Below, in pieces: positions 9,375 through 18,043 of a stretch of DNA of 64,000 bases. Under the pieces are notes generated by a model. That model saw nothing but the letters and a program-made list of their open reading frames with translations. It was not told the DNA's origin and made no database searches. Numbering within the stretch: the first letter of the stretch is position 1; each line of letters opens with the position of its first letter. The translations under genes and the position numbers were made by a program. The DNA comes from a virus: the IMG/VR virus record IMGVR_UViG_3300037467_001798; one strand, given 5' to 3'.

Positions 9375-9417
9375 CTTGCTGTTCTCCTTTGCCGGCTCTT
9401 GGGTACCGGGCCGCGCC

Positions 9418-9445
9418 ATTATCTGTTTGCAGAAACGGCTGTCAA
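9418..9445 (-). promoter_or_regulatory. sigma70 promoter for the leftward early operon (pL-like)
   Basis: Minus strand TTGACA (9445-9440), 16 nt, GATAAT (9423-9418). Confidence 0.7.
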
Positions 9446-9472
9446 TCTGATTGTGGAATTGCTGGGGTAATC

Positions 9473-9489
9473 CCGATGGCTTGCATCGG
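9473..9489. promoter_or_regulatory. 17-bp palindrome, candidate operator
   Basis: CCGATG-N5-CATCGG between the divergent promoters. Confidence 0.45.
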
Positions 9490-9493
9490 CAGA

Positions 9494-9522
9494 TTGCGGC
9501 CCTTCCACTTTTGCCCTACCAT
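9494..9522 (+). promoter_or_regulatory. sigma70 promoter for the HTH gene / rightward operon (pR-like)
   Basis: TTGCGG (9494-9499), 17 nt, TACCAT (9517-9522); ATG follows at 9531. Confidence 0.55.
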
Positions 9523-9530
9523 CGCGCCCC

Positions 9531-9767
9531 ATGACCGAACCCCATGAGCCGGAGCGCAACCCGGATGGCCCGACCGCCACACTGCTGCGCCAACTTGCCG
9601 AGCACGGCTACAGCCAGGGCTACCTGGCGCGGGCGCTGAAGCTGCCGCAGTCGCGGCTGTCGCGCTGGTCCAACGGCGAGAACACGCACCGGGCCGACGA
9701 TGCGCTGCGACTGAGCGAGCTGGCCAGGAAGCTGTTGCGGCGCAAGCCGCGTCGCCGGGCCGAATGA
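9531..9767 (+). CDS. XRE-family HTH regulator (Cro-like)
   Basis: SQGYLARALKLPQSRLSRWSNG helix-turn-helix; first gene of the rightward operon. Confidence 0.85.
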   Translation: MTEPHEPERNPDGPTATLLRQLAEHGYSQGYLARALKLPQSRLSRWSNGENTHRADDALRLSELARKLLRRKPRRRAE

Positions 9768-9826
9768 CTCCCTTGCTGGCCGGGCGCCTCCTCCCCTGAT
9801 GTCTCCATCAGCCCGGCCAGCCCTGC

Positions 9827-9861
9827 AACCCCCGGCCCCGTAGTGGGTCGGGGGGTTTTTT
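9827..9861 (+). terminator. intrinsic terminator (tR1-like)
   Basis: AACCCCCGGCCC / GGGTCGGGGGGTT stem followed by a T run. Confidence 0.75.
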
Positions 9862-9896
9862 GAACAACAAGAACCTGCCCCAAGAAGGAGCCACGC

Positions 9897-10085
9897 ATGG
9901 CCGAGCCGATCCGCGCATATGCCGCGCTGAGCGTTGCCGAGATTCAGCAGCTGGCGCGCGAGCACGCCCAACAAGGCGGCCACGCGCTGCAGCACCCGTT
10001 CACCCCAGGCAGCACCCAGGCGGTGGCCTTTGAGCGCGCCTTCGTGGCCCGCCGCATCGAGCTGGACCAGGCCGAGACCGCCTGA
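9897..10085 (+). CDS. hypothetical protein
   Basis: 62-aa ORF with AAGGAG RBS. Confidence 0.65.
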   Translation: MAEPIRAYAALSVAEIQQLAREHAQQGGHALQHPFTPGSTQAVAFERAFVARRIELDQAETA

Positions 10086-10137
10086 TGCGCATGCGCCCGA
10101 GTCCCTCGGTGCCCACGATCACCAGGAAGCGCGCCGC

Positions 10138-11286
10138 GTGAACTGGTACGAGCACCACATCAAGGACTACGCCGCCGCGGTCCAGTACCACAGCTGGGAC
10201 GAGGACATGGCGTACACCCGGATGATCCGGCTGTACTACCGCAAGGAGCAGCCCCTGCCCGGCGACGCCGAGGAAGTGGCGCGCCTGATCGGGGCGCGCT
10301 CGCCCGAGCAGCGCGCCGCCGTCGACACCGTGCTGCGCGACTTCTTCACCCTGGAGGCCGACGGCCTGTACCACCAGGAAAAGTGCGACGGCGTGCTGGC
10401 CGAGTACCTGGCCGGCGAACCTGACCGCGAGGCCAAGAAGGCCAACGAGGACACCCGCCTGCAACGCCACCGCGAGGAGCGCCGCGACCTGTTCGCCAGG
10501 CTCAACTCCGTAGGACAACACCTACCCTGGAACGTCGGGATCAAGGAGCTGCGCGCCGCTGTCGCCGCCCTGCCCGTTTCAGGTGGCGTTTCAGGTGGTG
10601 TCCAGGAAGGTGGGCAATCTCCCTCTGATGCAACGGCAGCTGCAACGCCTGCAACGCAACCTGCAACGGCAACTGCCACGCCTGCCACGGCTACCCATTC
10701 CCCACTCCCCACTCCCCACTCCCCAGTTCCCAATAGTTCTGTATCGCAACCTTCGGTTGCTCTTGTGCCGGCTGCGCCGACACGGACCGAGTTGGAGGCG
10801 GGCCAAGCCGCATTCGACGAAGCAGCGTTCTGGGAGGCTGGCGCAGCGCCAGCCACGGCCAAGCCGACGCGCAAGCGCGCCGCCCGCTCGTCCGACGAGC
10901 ACGACGCGCCGACCAATCCGCTGTGGCGCGCCTACGCCAGCACCTTCGCCGAGGTGCACGGGCAGGAGCCGGTGCGCGAGCGCTCGGTCAACGCCCACCT
11001 CAAGACCCTGCTGGAGCGGCTTGGCAAGGACGACGCGCCCCAGGTGATCGCGTTCTACGTGCGCGACCGAGACCCGTGGTACACGAAGAAACTCCACCCG
11101 CTGGAGCTGCTCGTGCGCGACTGGCAGGGCATCCGCATCCGCTGGCTGCGCCATCGGCAGGGCCTGCCCGATCCGGCCGTGGCCGCCGGCCTGACCCCCA
11201 ACCGCCAGGAGGCGCTGCAGCAGCGCCTGAACCATGCCGGCAACACATGGCTGGCCAAGCAAGGAATCCCACATGACCGAGACTGA
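10138..11286 (+). CDS. DUF1376/YdaU-like replication initiator
   Basis: GTG start MNWYEHHIKDY....MAYTRMIRLYY.KEQPLP...VARLIGA..R.AV..VLRDFF; position after the Cro-like gene. Confidence 0.85.
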   Translation: MNWYEHHIKDYAAAVQYHSWDEDMAYTRMIRLYYRKEQPLPGDAEEVARLIGARSPEQRAAVDTVLRDFFTLEADGLYHQEKCDGVLAEYLAGEPDREAKKANEDTRLQRHREERRDLFARLNSVGQHLPWNVGIKELRAAVAALPVSGGVSGGVQEGGQSPSDATAAATPATQPATATATPATATHSPLPTPHSPVPNSSVSQPSVALVPAAPTRTELEAGQAAFDEAAFWEAGAAPATAKPTRKRAARSSDEHDAPTNPLWRAYASTFAEVHGQEPVRERSVNAHLKTLLERLGKDDAPQVIAFYVRDRDPWYTKKLHPLELLVRDWQGIRIRWLRHRQGLPDPAVAAGLTPNRQEALQQRLNHAGNTWLAKQGIPHDRD

Positions 11287-11917
11287 CAAGCCCCAGTTCG
11301 CGCAGCTGCTCACCCGCGTGCACGCCTACTACCGCCAGGATCTGACCGACGACATCATCGACATGTGGTGGGCCGGCCTGGAGCGCTACGAGCTGGAGCA
11401 GGTGTCCCGCGCGATGTCCGCACACGCCAGCGACCCGGAGGCGGGCAAGTTCTGCCCGCGCATCGCCGACCTGGTGCGCGTGCTGCAGGGCACCGCCACC
11501 GAGCGCGCCGTGATGGCCTGGGCCAAGGTGCACGAGGCGATGAGCCGGGTGGGCGCCTACCAGGACGTGGTGTTCGATGACCCGGCCATCCATGCCGTGA
11601 TCGAGGATCTGGGCGGCTGGCCCAAGGTGTGCCGCACCCCGCTCAAGGAGCTGTCGATCCTGCAGCACCGCTTCAGCGAGGCGCACCGCGCCTACGTGGC
11701 GCGCGGGGAGTTCGACTACCCGCGCCGCCTGCCGGGCGACCGCTCGCCGGACAGCGAGTACGCGAAGAAGGGCCTGCCGCCGCCGCAGCCGCTGATGGTG
11801 GGCGACCGCCGCGCCTGCCTGGCGGTGTTCGACCGTGGCGGCGACGCCGGCCGGGTGCGCATCGGGCCGGCGTCGGACCTGGTGCTGCCGCAGCTCAAGG
11901 ACGAGCGCCGTGGCTGA
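11273..11917 (+). CDS. replication accessory protein (helicase-loader-inhibitor-like N-terminus, DUF6475-like)
   Basis: F..LLTRV.AYY...D.WW..L...FCPRIADL; SVVFDDPAIH.VI..LGGW..C type motif; follows the initiator. Confidence 0.7.
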   Translation: MTETDKPQFAQLLTRVHAYYRQDLTDDIIDMWWAGLERYELEQVSRAMSAHASDPEAGKFCPRIADLVRVLQGTATERAVMAWAKVHEAMSRVGAYQDVVFDDPAIHAVIEDLGGWPKVCRTPLKELSILQHRFSEAHRAYVARGEFDYPRRLPGDRSPDSEYAKKGLPPPQPLMVGDRRACLAVFDRGGDAGRVRIGPASDLVLPQLKDERRG

Positions 11918-12122
11918 GCGATCTGCGGCCGTGGCTGCCGCCCTGGCGCAGGCGCTGGCGCACCGCGCGGGCGAGGAGCCGCAGCCGGTGCGCGCGGCGC
12001 GCAACACCGTCGCGCGCCTGACCAGCCTGGCGCACAGCCGCGACCTGAGCCCGCTGCACCGCGACTGCCTGGACGCCGCGCGGCGCGTGATTGCCCGCTG
12101 GGAGACCGGCAGCGCCGGCTGA
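11910..12122 (+). CDS. hypothetical protein
   Basis: GTG start overlapping the previous stop. Confidence 0.5.
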   Translation: MAERSAAVAAALAQALAHRAGEEPQPVRAARNTVARLTSLAHSRDLSPLHRDCLDAARRVIARWETGSAG

Positions 12123-12148
12123 CCCCACCCACCACGAGGAGACCAACC

Positions 12149-12415
12149 GTGACCACCACTCCCCTGAGCCAGTCGCACTGGCAGCGCGGCTGCGACGACG
12201 GCCGCGCCGGCCGGCCGCGGCGGCTGCCGTTCGATCCGGCCCAGGCCGCGGGCCTGTCGACCGAGGAGCGCGCCGCGCGGTATCGCGCCAACGAGGGCTA
12301 CAACAACGGCTACGACCACGGCGCCACCGCCAAGGTGGCCGAGGACCGCGCCGCTGCCCGTGCCGCCGGCAAGGCCGCCAGCGCGTTCACGGCGCGCCTG
12401 AAGGGCCGGCCATGA
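12149..12415 (+). CDS. hypothetical protein
   Basis: GAGGAG RBS; 88 aa. Confidence 0.6.
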   Translation: MTTTPLSQSHWQRGCDDGRAGRPRRLPFDPAQAAGLSTEERAARYRANEGYNNGYDHGATAKVAEDRAAARAAGKAASAFTARLKGRP

Positions 12416-12630
12416 CGCGCCTGTCGGTCGACGAGCAGCTCGATGCGGCCGCGCTGGTGATGCTCACCGACGGCCTGCAGCACGCCCCCAAGGCGCTGGC
12501 CTGGGCCATCGGCCGCATCGGCTGGCAGCGCGCCCGCGAGATTGCGCGCGAGGCCCGCAAGCCGCCGGCTCCCCTTTCCCTGCGCGAGCTGAGCCTGGGC
12601 GCGCAGACCCGCTGGCACGTGCCGGCATAA
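12412..12630 (+). CDS. hypothetical protein
   Basis: ATGA overlap; MTRLSVDEQL. Confidence 0.55.
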   Translation: MTRLSVDEQLDAAALVMLTDGLQHAPKALAWAIGRIGWQRAREIAREARKPPAPLSLRELSLGAQTRWHVPA

Positions 12631-12650
12631 CCACCGTCCCCGGAGGACCA

Positions 12651-13358
12651 ATGCGACCGTTTGAACTACCCGAGACCACGCAGGTGATCTGCACCAACGT
12701 GAACACCCGCCGCGAGCTGCACGGCAGCGATGGCGTGATGGCGTTTGACGCCGGCTTCATGCTCACCGGCCCGAACACGCTGCTGGACCTGATCGAGCCG
12801 GGCCTGCGCGAGGAGTACTACTTCAACGCGGCCAGGAAAAAGGGCCAGAAGGCGCTGCTGGCCGACGAGCCGCTGCCCAACCTGCGCCGCCCCAAGGTGC
12901 CCAACGAGGGCATCCCCTGGGACAAGGGCAGCAAGAGCCGCGGCTACCGCATCCAGCAGGACTGGGGCACCAACGAGGCGGTGGTCGACCTGACCGACGC
13001 CGTGATGTACGGGGTCAAGTTCGACTGCCTGGAAGGCGGCACCGTGAACATCTACTTCGGCATCCAGTACAACGGCGAGGAGCTGGACGACAACGACACC
13101 CTGGCGCGCATCGTGCGCTGGCAGGTCACGCGCGACATCCACATCCGCCTGCTGGCGCCGCCGGAGCTGCTCAAGGTGTCCAAGGGCTACCGCGCCAACC
13201 GGCCCGACACGCCCAGCGGCAAGGGCGCCAGCGACCCCGACCAGCAGGAGCTGGACGGCGGCCAGGACGGCCAGGACGATGCGGGCGACGAGCGCACCGA
13301 CACCAGCACCCCCACCGGCGCCTTCCTGGCCGCTGGCGAACCGGCGGTGAAGCACTGA
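12651..13358 (+). CDS. phage hypothetical protein
   Basis: GGAGG RBS; strong GC3 codon bias; 235 aa with acidic tail. Confidence 0.75.
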   Translation: MRPFELPETTQVICTNVNTRRELHGSDGVMAFDAGFMLTGPNTLLDLIEPGLREEYYFNAARKKGQKALLADEPLPNLRRPKVPNEGIPWDKGSKSRGYRIQQDWGTNEAVVDLTDAVMYGVKFDCLEGGTVNIYFGIQYNGEELDDNDTLARIVRWQVTRDIHIRLLAPPELLKVSKGYRANRPDTPSGKGASDPDQQELDGGQDGQDDAGDERTDTSTPTGAFLAAGEPAVKH

Positions 13359-13885
13359 TGCAGCTGGCCGAGCTGGTGAAACGGGCGACGGCGCCGATGG
13401 TGGCCCAGCCGGTGGTGCTGGCTCGGCTGCCGGCGCCCATCTCTGCGAACCGTTATTGGCGCACCCGCGTGATGATCCCGCCCAAGGGGTCGACCATGCC
13501 GCCGACGGCGCAGACCTACGTGTCGAGCGAGGCCAAGACCTTCAAGGAGTCGGTGGCCTGGCTGATGGCGCACCAGGGCGTGCGCCGCGTCATCACCGGC
13601 CGCGTGCAGGTGGACCTGCGGCTGCTGCCGCACTGCCCCAAGGACTGGAAAACGCGGGCCCGCAAGGACCCGCTGTACTGGGCCGACACCGTGGGGCGCA
13701 TCGACCTGGACAACGCCATGAAGGTGGTGCTGGACGCGCTCAAGGGCGTGGCCATCGAGGACGACGTGCAGGTGTGGCGCTCGTTCAGCGAGGTGCTGGA
13801 GCCGCAGGAGGGCGAGGACGAGTGCTGCATCCTGCAGCTGTCGCGCCTGGTGCGCGAGAACCCGCAGGGGGGCTTGGCGCTGTGA
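13358..13885 (+). CDS. rusA: RusA family Holliday junction resolvase
   Basis: PISANRYWR ... DLDNAMKVVLDALKG...EDDVQV catalytic signature. Confidence 0.88.
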   Translation: MQLAELVKRATAPMVAQPVVLARLPAPISANRYWRTRVMIPPKGSTMPPTAQTYVSSEAKTFKESVAWLMAHQGVRRVITGRVQVDLRLLPHCPKDWKTRARKDPLYWADTVGRIDLDNAMKVVLDALKGVAIEDDVQVWRSFSEVLEPQEGEDECCILQLSRLVRENPQGGLAL

Positions 13886-14040
13886 CGGTGGTGCTGCGCC
13901 CGCTCGGCCGCGGCAACTGGGCCCCGGTGGTGCTTCGCGTCGACCACGGCAAGAACACGCCGCTGCCGCTGGAGTTCTACGTCGGCCAGCGCGTCGAGCT
14001 GGGCGGGCACGTGTTCCGCGTCTCCAAGGTGCTGCCATGA
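13882..14040 (+). CDS. hypothetical protein
   Basis: GTGA overlap with rusA and ATGA overlap with the next gene. Confidence 0.55.
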   Translation: MTVVLRPLGRGNWAPVVLRVDHGKNTPLPLEFYVGQRVELGGHVFRVSKVLP

Positions 14041-14489
14041 CGACGCTGCAGTTCCTGGTGCGCACGCCGGTGCAGGCCCACGAGACCATCAACGGCCTGT
14101 GGAAGGGCGTGATCCAGCCGCACACCCGAACGGGTGCAGCGGGCGTCATCACCTGGGAGACCCACAACGCCTGGCTGCGCCGGAAGATGCGCGCCAAGTT
14201 CCACGGCCCGGTGCTGCGCGACATCTCCGAGCAGGTGTGGCTCACCGACCCCAAGACCGGGCTGCGCTACCGCAACACGAAAGCGGTGTGGAAAGAGTTT
14301 TTCCGCGAGCTGTTCATCGAGCCGGACATCGAGGAATACAAGGTGCGCGCAACCGGCGAAATCAAGTATCGACTCAAGCGGCTTTCCACTGAATCGCTCA
14401 GCGATGACCAGTTCTCCGAGTTTCTGACGGCCGTGGAGGCATACGCCATCACCGAGCTGGATGTCGAATTTCAGGACGAGGGCTATTGA
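14037..14489 (+). CDS. NinB-like recombination protein
   Basis: AKFHG..L.DISEQV.. WKEFFRELF ... STESLSDDQFSEFL..VEAYA. Confidence 0.7.
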   Translation: MTTLQFLVRTPVQAHETINGLWKGVIQPHTRTGAAGVITWETHNAWLRRKMRAKFHGPVLRDISEQVWLTDPKTGLRYRNTKAVWKEFFRELFIEPDIEEYKVRATGEIKYRLKRLSTESLSDDQFSEFLTAVEAYAITELDVEFQDEGY

Positions 14490-14638
14490 TGGCGCACCTG
14501 TTCATTCACCTGTACGCGCTGGTGGTGCTGCTGGCGCTGGCCGGCTCCGCGCTGGTGGTGCTGGCCTGGTTGTTCAACGACTGGAGAGACCTATGCCGTG
14601 GGAAGTCAAAGCCAAGAGGCGATATAGAAACCCCGTGA
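14489..14638 (+). CDS. small membrane peptide
   Basis: TGATG coupling; one hydrophobic helix (LYALVVLLALAGSALVVLAWLF). Confidence 0.4.
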   Translation: MAHLFIHLYALVVLLALAGSALVVLAWLFNDWRDLCRGKSKPRGDIETP

Positions 14639-14751
14639 TGGATGGCCTGCGCGCGCTGGAGGCGGCCGAGAAAAAGCAGGCCAAGAAACCATCCAGCGAG
14701 CCGGCCGTTAAAAGCAATTCCACCAACCCCAAGAAAGGAAAGAAGAAATGA
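14593..14751 (+). CDS. small basic hypothetical protein
   Basis: GGAGAG upstream of MPWEVKAKRRY; stop overlaps the next start. Confidence 0.4.
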   Translation: MPWEVKAKRRYRNPVMDGLRALEAAEKKQAKKPSSEPAVKSNSTNPKKGKKK

Positions 14752-15044
14752 GGAGCTTTGCAATTGGCGCCAGCGACTGGCTGCGCATCGCGCTGTCGAT
14801 CGTGCTGCGCGGCTGGACCTTGAAGGTGCTGTGGTCCTGGTTCGTGGCGCCGGTGTTCGCGCTGCCGCTGCTGACGCTGGCGCAGGCCACCGGGCTGGGC
14901 ATCGTGGTGGTGTGGGCGACCATCCACGCGGTGCCGCTCAAGGGCAACAAGGACAGGCCACGGCGCAGCCAGCAGTGGTGGATGACGCTGTGCATCCCGC
15001 CGGTGATGGTGGGCATCGGCTGGATCGTCAAGCAGTTCCTGTGA
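14748..15044 (+). CDS. small membrane protein
   Basis: Three hydrophobic segments; AAGGA RBS. Confidence 0.7.
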   Translation: MRSFAIGASDWLRIALSIVLRGWTLKVLWSWFVAPVFALPLLTLAQATGLGIVVVWATIHAVPLKGNKDRPRRSQQWWMTLCIPPVMVGIGWIVKQFL

Positions 15045-15051
15045 GCCGCCG

Positions 15052-15267
15052 ATGGACCGCTACGGCTGCCACAACCGACCGCCGCTGGCGGCGTCGTTCG
15101 TCGCCCAGGACGGCTACCGCATGGTGCGCGACGGCTATGGCCAGCCCAGCCAGGTGCCGGTCTACAAGGACATCCAGCACCACCTGTCGACCGACTGCCG
15201 CTACGTGCCGCCGCGCGGCATCCCCGACCCCAAGTGCGACGGCTGCCGCTGGAGGATCGCGCCATGA
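15052..15267 (+). CDS. small Cys-containing phage protein
   Basis: YGCHNRPP...CRY...DPKCDGC. Confidence 0.65.
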   Translation: MDRYGCHNRPPLAASFVAQDGYRMVRDGYGQPSQVPVYKDIQHHLSTDCRYVPPRGIPDPKCDGCRWRIAP

Positions 15268-15398
15268 CCAAACCCGCCCTGTGTCCCCAGCGCGAGCGCT
15301 GCGCCCAGCTGGCCGTGTGCCAGGCCAAGTGCACGCCCAAGCCGGTGCCGATCGCCGCGCCGCCGGCACCGCCGAAGGAGCCGCTGCGGTGGCCCTGA
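15264..15398 (+). CDS. small Cys-rich hypothetical protein
   Basis: Coupled on both sides; four Cys in 44 aa. Confidence 0.4.
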   Translation: MTKPALCPQRERCAQLAVCQAKCTPKPVPIAAPPAPPKEPLRWP

Positions 15399-15976
15399 TG
15401 CAGCGCAAGAAGCCGATGAACCGCGGCAAGGGCTTCAAGCCGCCCGAGCGCGTGACGTTCAACCCGCCGATCCGGCCGCCGGGCAAGAGCCGCGCGCGAG
15501 CCGTGGCCCTGATGGACCCCGAGCGCCACCGCGAGCAGGAGGCGCGCCGCGCCGCGCTGCTGGCCAGCCCAGGCCGCGCGGCCGTGATGGGCGGTGCCAC
15601 TTCCGGCACCGCGATCGAGAAGGAGCGCGCCAGCCAGTCCCAGGCGTACCAGGCCGCGGTGCGCTCGATCGGCTACTGCATGCGCTGCGGCTGCACGCTC
15701 AGGAAGGGCGAAGGCCAGTTCTGCCACGCCGACCAGGGCAAGGGCCAGGGGCTCAAGACCGACGTGCGCCGCGGCTGGCTCGGCTGCGCGGGCTGCCACT
15801 TCCACGTGGGCACCAGCGGCCGCATGCCCAAGGCGCAGCGCCGCGCCGAGGAGGACTGGCTGGCGCTCAAGACCCGGCGCACCCTGCGCGCGCGCGGCCT
15901 GTGGCCCAAGAGCCTGCCCGACACCTGGCGCGAACACGACGAACAACAACCAACGACGCAACCTGCTCCCCAATGA
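15398..15976 (+). CDS. Zn-binding HNH-like nin-region protein (DUF968/DUF1364-like)
   Basis: CMRCG...FCHADQGKGQGLKTD....GCAGCH. Confidence 0.7.
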   Translation: MQRKKPMNRGKGFKPPERVTFNPPIRPPGKSRARAVALMDPERHREQEARRAALLASPGRAAVMGGATSGTAIEKERASQSQAYQAAVRSIGYCMRCGCTLRKGEGQFCHADQGKGQGLKTDVRRGWLGCAGCHFHVGTSGRMPKAQRRAEEDWLALKTRRTLRARGLWPKSLPDTWREHDEQQPTTQPAPQ

Positions 15977-16398
15977 CACTGCAACTGCCCGACCCCGTGC
16001 GCAACAGCCTGCCGCACGGCGACAGAACCTGGCGCATCGTGGTGCCGATCCAGTGCGCGCTGGTGCGCATGCTGGAGGGCACCAGCGACCGCGAGGACGA
16101 CTTGTGGATCGTGGCCATGGCCATCAACCTGACCTGGGCGCGCTGCCAGGTGATCGGCGACGGCCAGGCCGGCCAGCGCCTGTGCGAGGCCGCCGGCCAG
16201 GTGCTGTCGGCCTGCGCCGACAAGGGCGGTGCGCCCACCCTGGTGCCCTTCACGCGCGAGCAAAAGCAGGACGTCATCAGCGCCCTGGCGCTGTACGTGG
16301 ACATCGTGCGCACCAGCTCGCCGCTGCAGCTGGAGCAGGCCCAGAAGAAGATCGAGGCCATGACCCGCGCTCACAACCGAAAGGCCCGCCGCGCATGA
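15973..16398 (+). CDS. hypothetical protein
   Basis: ATGA overlaps; helical 141 aa. Confidence 0.65.
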   Translation: MTLQLPDPVRNSLPHGDRTWRIVVPIQCALVRMLEGTSDREDDLWIVAMAINLTWARCQVIGDGQAGQRLCEAAGQVLSACADKGGAPTLVPFTREQKQDVISALALYVDIVRTSSPLQLEQAQKKIEAMTRAHNRKARRA

Positions 16399-16808
16399 CC
16401 ATCCGCATCCGGGGCACCACGCTGGAAGAACGTCTGGATGGCCTGCTGATCGAGTGGCACGAGTTCACCAGCAGCTACCGCCTGGGCAGCGGCCACCGCG
16501 CCGCGGCCAGCGTCACGCGCGACTACGCCACCCCCACCCACCACGACTGGAGAAACGGCGCCGAGGAAGCGCGCGCCGAGCGGCTGCGCATGCACGGCAT
16601 CTGCCAGGCGATGGATGCGGTGCCGGTCAACCCGCGGCCCTGGCGCTACGCCCTGCAGGCCCAGGCCAAGCAGCTGGCCACCGGCGCGCGCGGGCCGCTG
16701 TCATCGATCCTGCTGCCCGAGGACGACGACGAGATGGCGGTGCTGCTGCTGGAGGCCCGCAACAAGTTCGCAGCCGAAGTCATGAGACGAAAGGAAACCA
16801 TCGGATGA
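16395..16808 (+). CDS. possible late-gene regulator (antiterminator Q-like)
   Basis: LDGLLIEWH N-terminus, size, and position just before the late promoter/terminator; assignment is mainly positional. Confidence 0.45.
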   Translation: MTIRIRGTTLEERLDGLLIEWHEFTSSYRLGSGHRAAASVTRDYATPTHHDWRNGAEEARAERLRMHGICQAMDAVPVNPRPWRYALQAQAKQLATGARGPLSSILLPEDDDEMAVLLLEARNKFAAEVMRRKETIG

Positions 16809-17317
16809 GACAGATTCCCCTTCGCCGCCGCCCGCCGGGCCGGCTGGCCCCCATCGCCGCTGCCGGCACCCTCACCGCGGTGCAGGCGCAGCTCAGTGCC
16901 GCCGAGGCCGCTGCCATCCAGGAGGCCAACCTGGTGCTGCCGGTGCGCGACGCCGTGCGCGAGCTGGCCGAGAAACTGGTGACCGACCGCGACCAGGTGC
17001 TGCAGGCATGCCTGGTCGCCCATCTGGGTGAGATGCCCGAGCTGGCCGCGCTGGACGGGCGCCTGACGCGCCACCCCGACCGCATCACCGACCCGGCCAA
17101 CCCCGCGGACGTCGCCGGCGAGGTCTGGGCGGTCGACGGCGTGCCGCTGCTGCACACCGGCCCGGTGAGCATCCGCCGCACCGGCGACGAGATGCTGGCC
17201 GACCAGGATCTGCGCGCCCTGGTGCCGCTGCCGGCCGCGGTCCTGCAGGGACTTCCACGTAGGGTCATCCCCTACACGGCCGACCTGCAGGCGCCGGGCG
17301 AGACGAAGCAGGGCTGA
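16805..17317 (+). CDS. hypothetical protein
   Basis: ATGA overlap, last gene before the late leader. Confidence 0.6.
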   Translation: MRQIPLRRRPPGRLAPIAAAGTLTAVQAQLSAAEAAAIQEANLVLPVRDAVRELAEKLVTDRDQVLQACLVAHLGEMPELAALDGRLTRHPDRITDPANPADVAGEVWAVDGVPLLHTGPVSIRRTGDEMLADQDLRALVPLPAAVLQGLPRRVIPYTADLQAPGETKQG

Positions 17318-17326
17318 CGGAGCCGT

Positions 17327-17378
17327 CCTACAGGCATGTAGGCGCCCGCTTGCGTTGAGTTACCAATCTGTGGAGAAT
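17327..17378 (+). promoter_or_regulatory. late promoter (pR'-like) with upstream palindrome
   Basis: TTGCGT (17350-17355), 17 nt ending TGTG, GAGAAT (17373-17378); CCTACA-N4-TGTAGG at 17327-17342. Confidence 0.6.
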
Positions 17379-17384
17379 CCAGCC

Positions 17385-18020
17385 CCGGCGGGGTCGCGGC
17401 GTGAAAAACTCCCAAGTCGAGCTGTCCGACCCCCATCAGCGCCGTCCGACAGACGCGGCTGAGTCCTGATACACCACCCCAGCCCGAGAGAGACCGGCCC
17501 CGGAGCGCACGCTGCTCCGGGGCCGCTGAGCGTATGCCGGCGGCAGAGCAGCCACACCCTGGACCAGCGGCGCAACGCCGAGGGTGCCCGGAAAGCAGGG
17601 GCTGCCGCCGGCGCCAGTTTCCGGCGGAAGCAGCCGGCCAGGTGATGTCGAAGCGCCTGGGGTGGAACGCCCCTGCAAAGCGCCGGCTGCGGATTCGCGG
17701 CCTTCGGACCCAGCCCTGGCCGCCCCCTCGTTGCGAGGGCCGCCGACCCCTTCTCCCCCGCAGGACGATCCGCCGAGAGCTGGCCCGGTCCGGCCGTGCG
17801 CCGACGAGCGGCCGGGGAGTGTTCTCGACCCGCGGCAGGTCGGGCAAGCCAGTCGATGCTGCAAACGGCAGTCGCAGTCGCTGCGACACAGCGCACCCAG
17901 CCTGCGGAAGGAACCCCTCGCGGGCACCCCGCCGGTAAGCCCGATGGGTGGCGCCCCAATTCTTGGGAGCAGGCTCGCCTGTTCATTCGCCCGCCAGCTT
18001 GACCGCTGGCGGGCTTTTTT
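17385..18020 (+). ncRNA. candidate long structured leader / ncRNA
   Basis: No convincing CDS; several perfect hairpins (17497-17525, 17568-17580, 17725-17739, 17871-17887); bounded by promoter and terminator. Confidence 0.35.
17989..18020 (+). terminator. intrinsic terminator (tR'-like) ahead of the lysis genes
   Basis: Perfect 10-bp stem GCCCGCCAGC/GCTGGCGGGC plus T6. Confidence 0.85.
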
Positions 18021-18043
18021 CCACCTGCGAGGGGGACAACAAC

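Noticed and set aside
9516-9995. Minus-strand 159-aa ORF as a possible cI repressor
   Set aside because: Overlaps the HTH gene antisense; no HTH or S24 peptidase motif
17385-18043. tRNA genes in the late leader
   Set aside because: No T-loop GTTCRA consensus or cloverleaf found; ORFs crossing the region are Arg/Pro/Gly-rich noise
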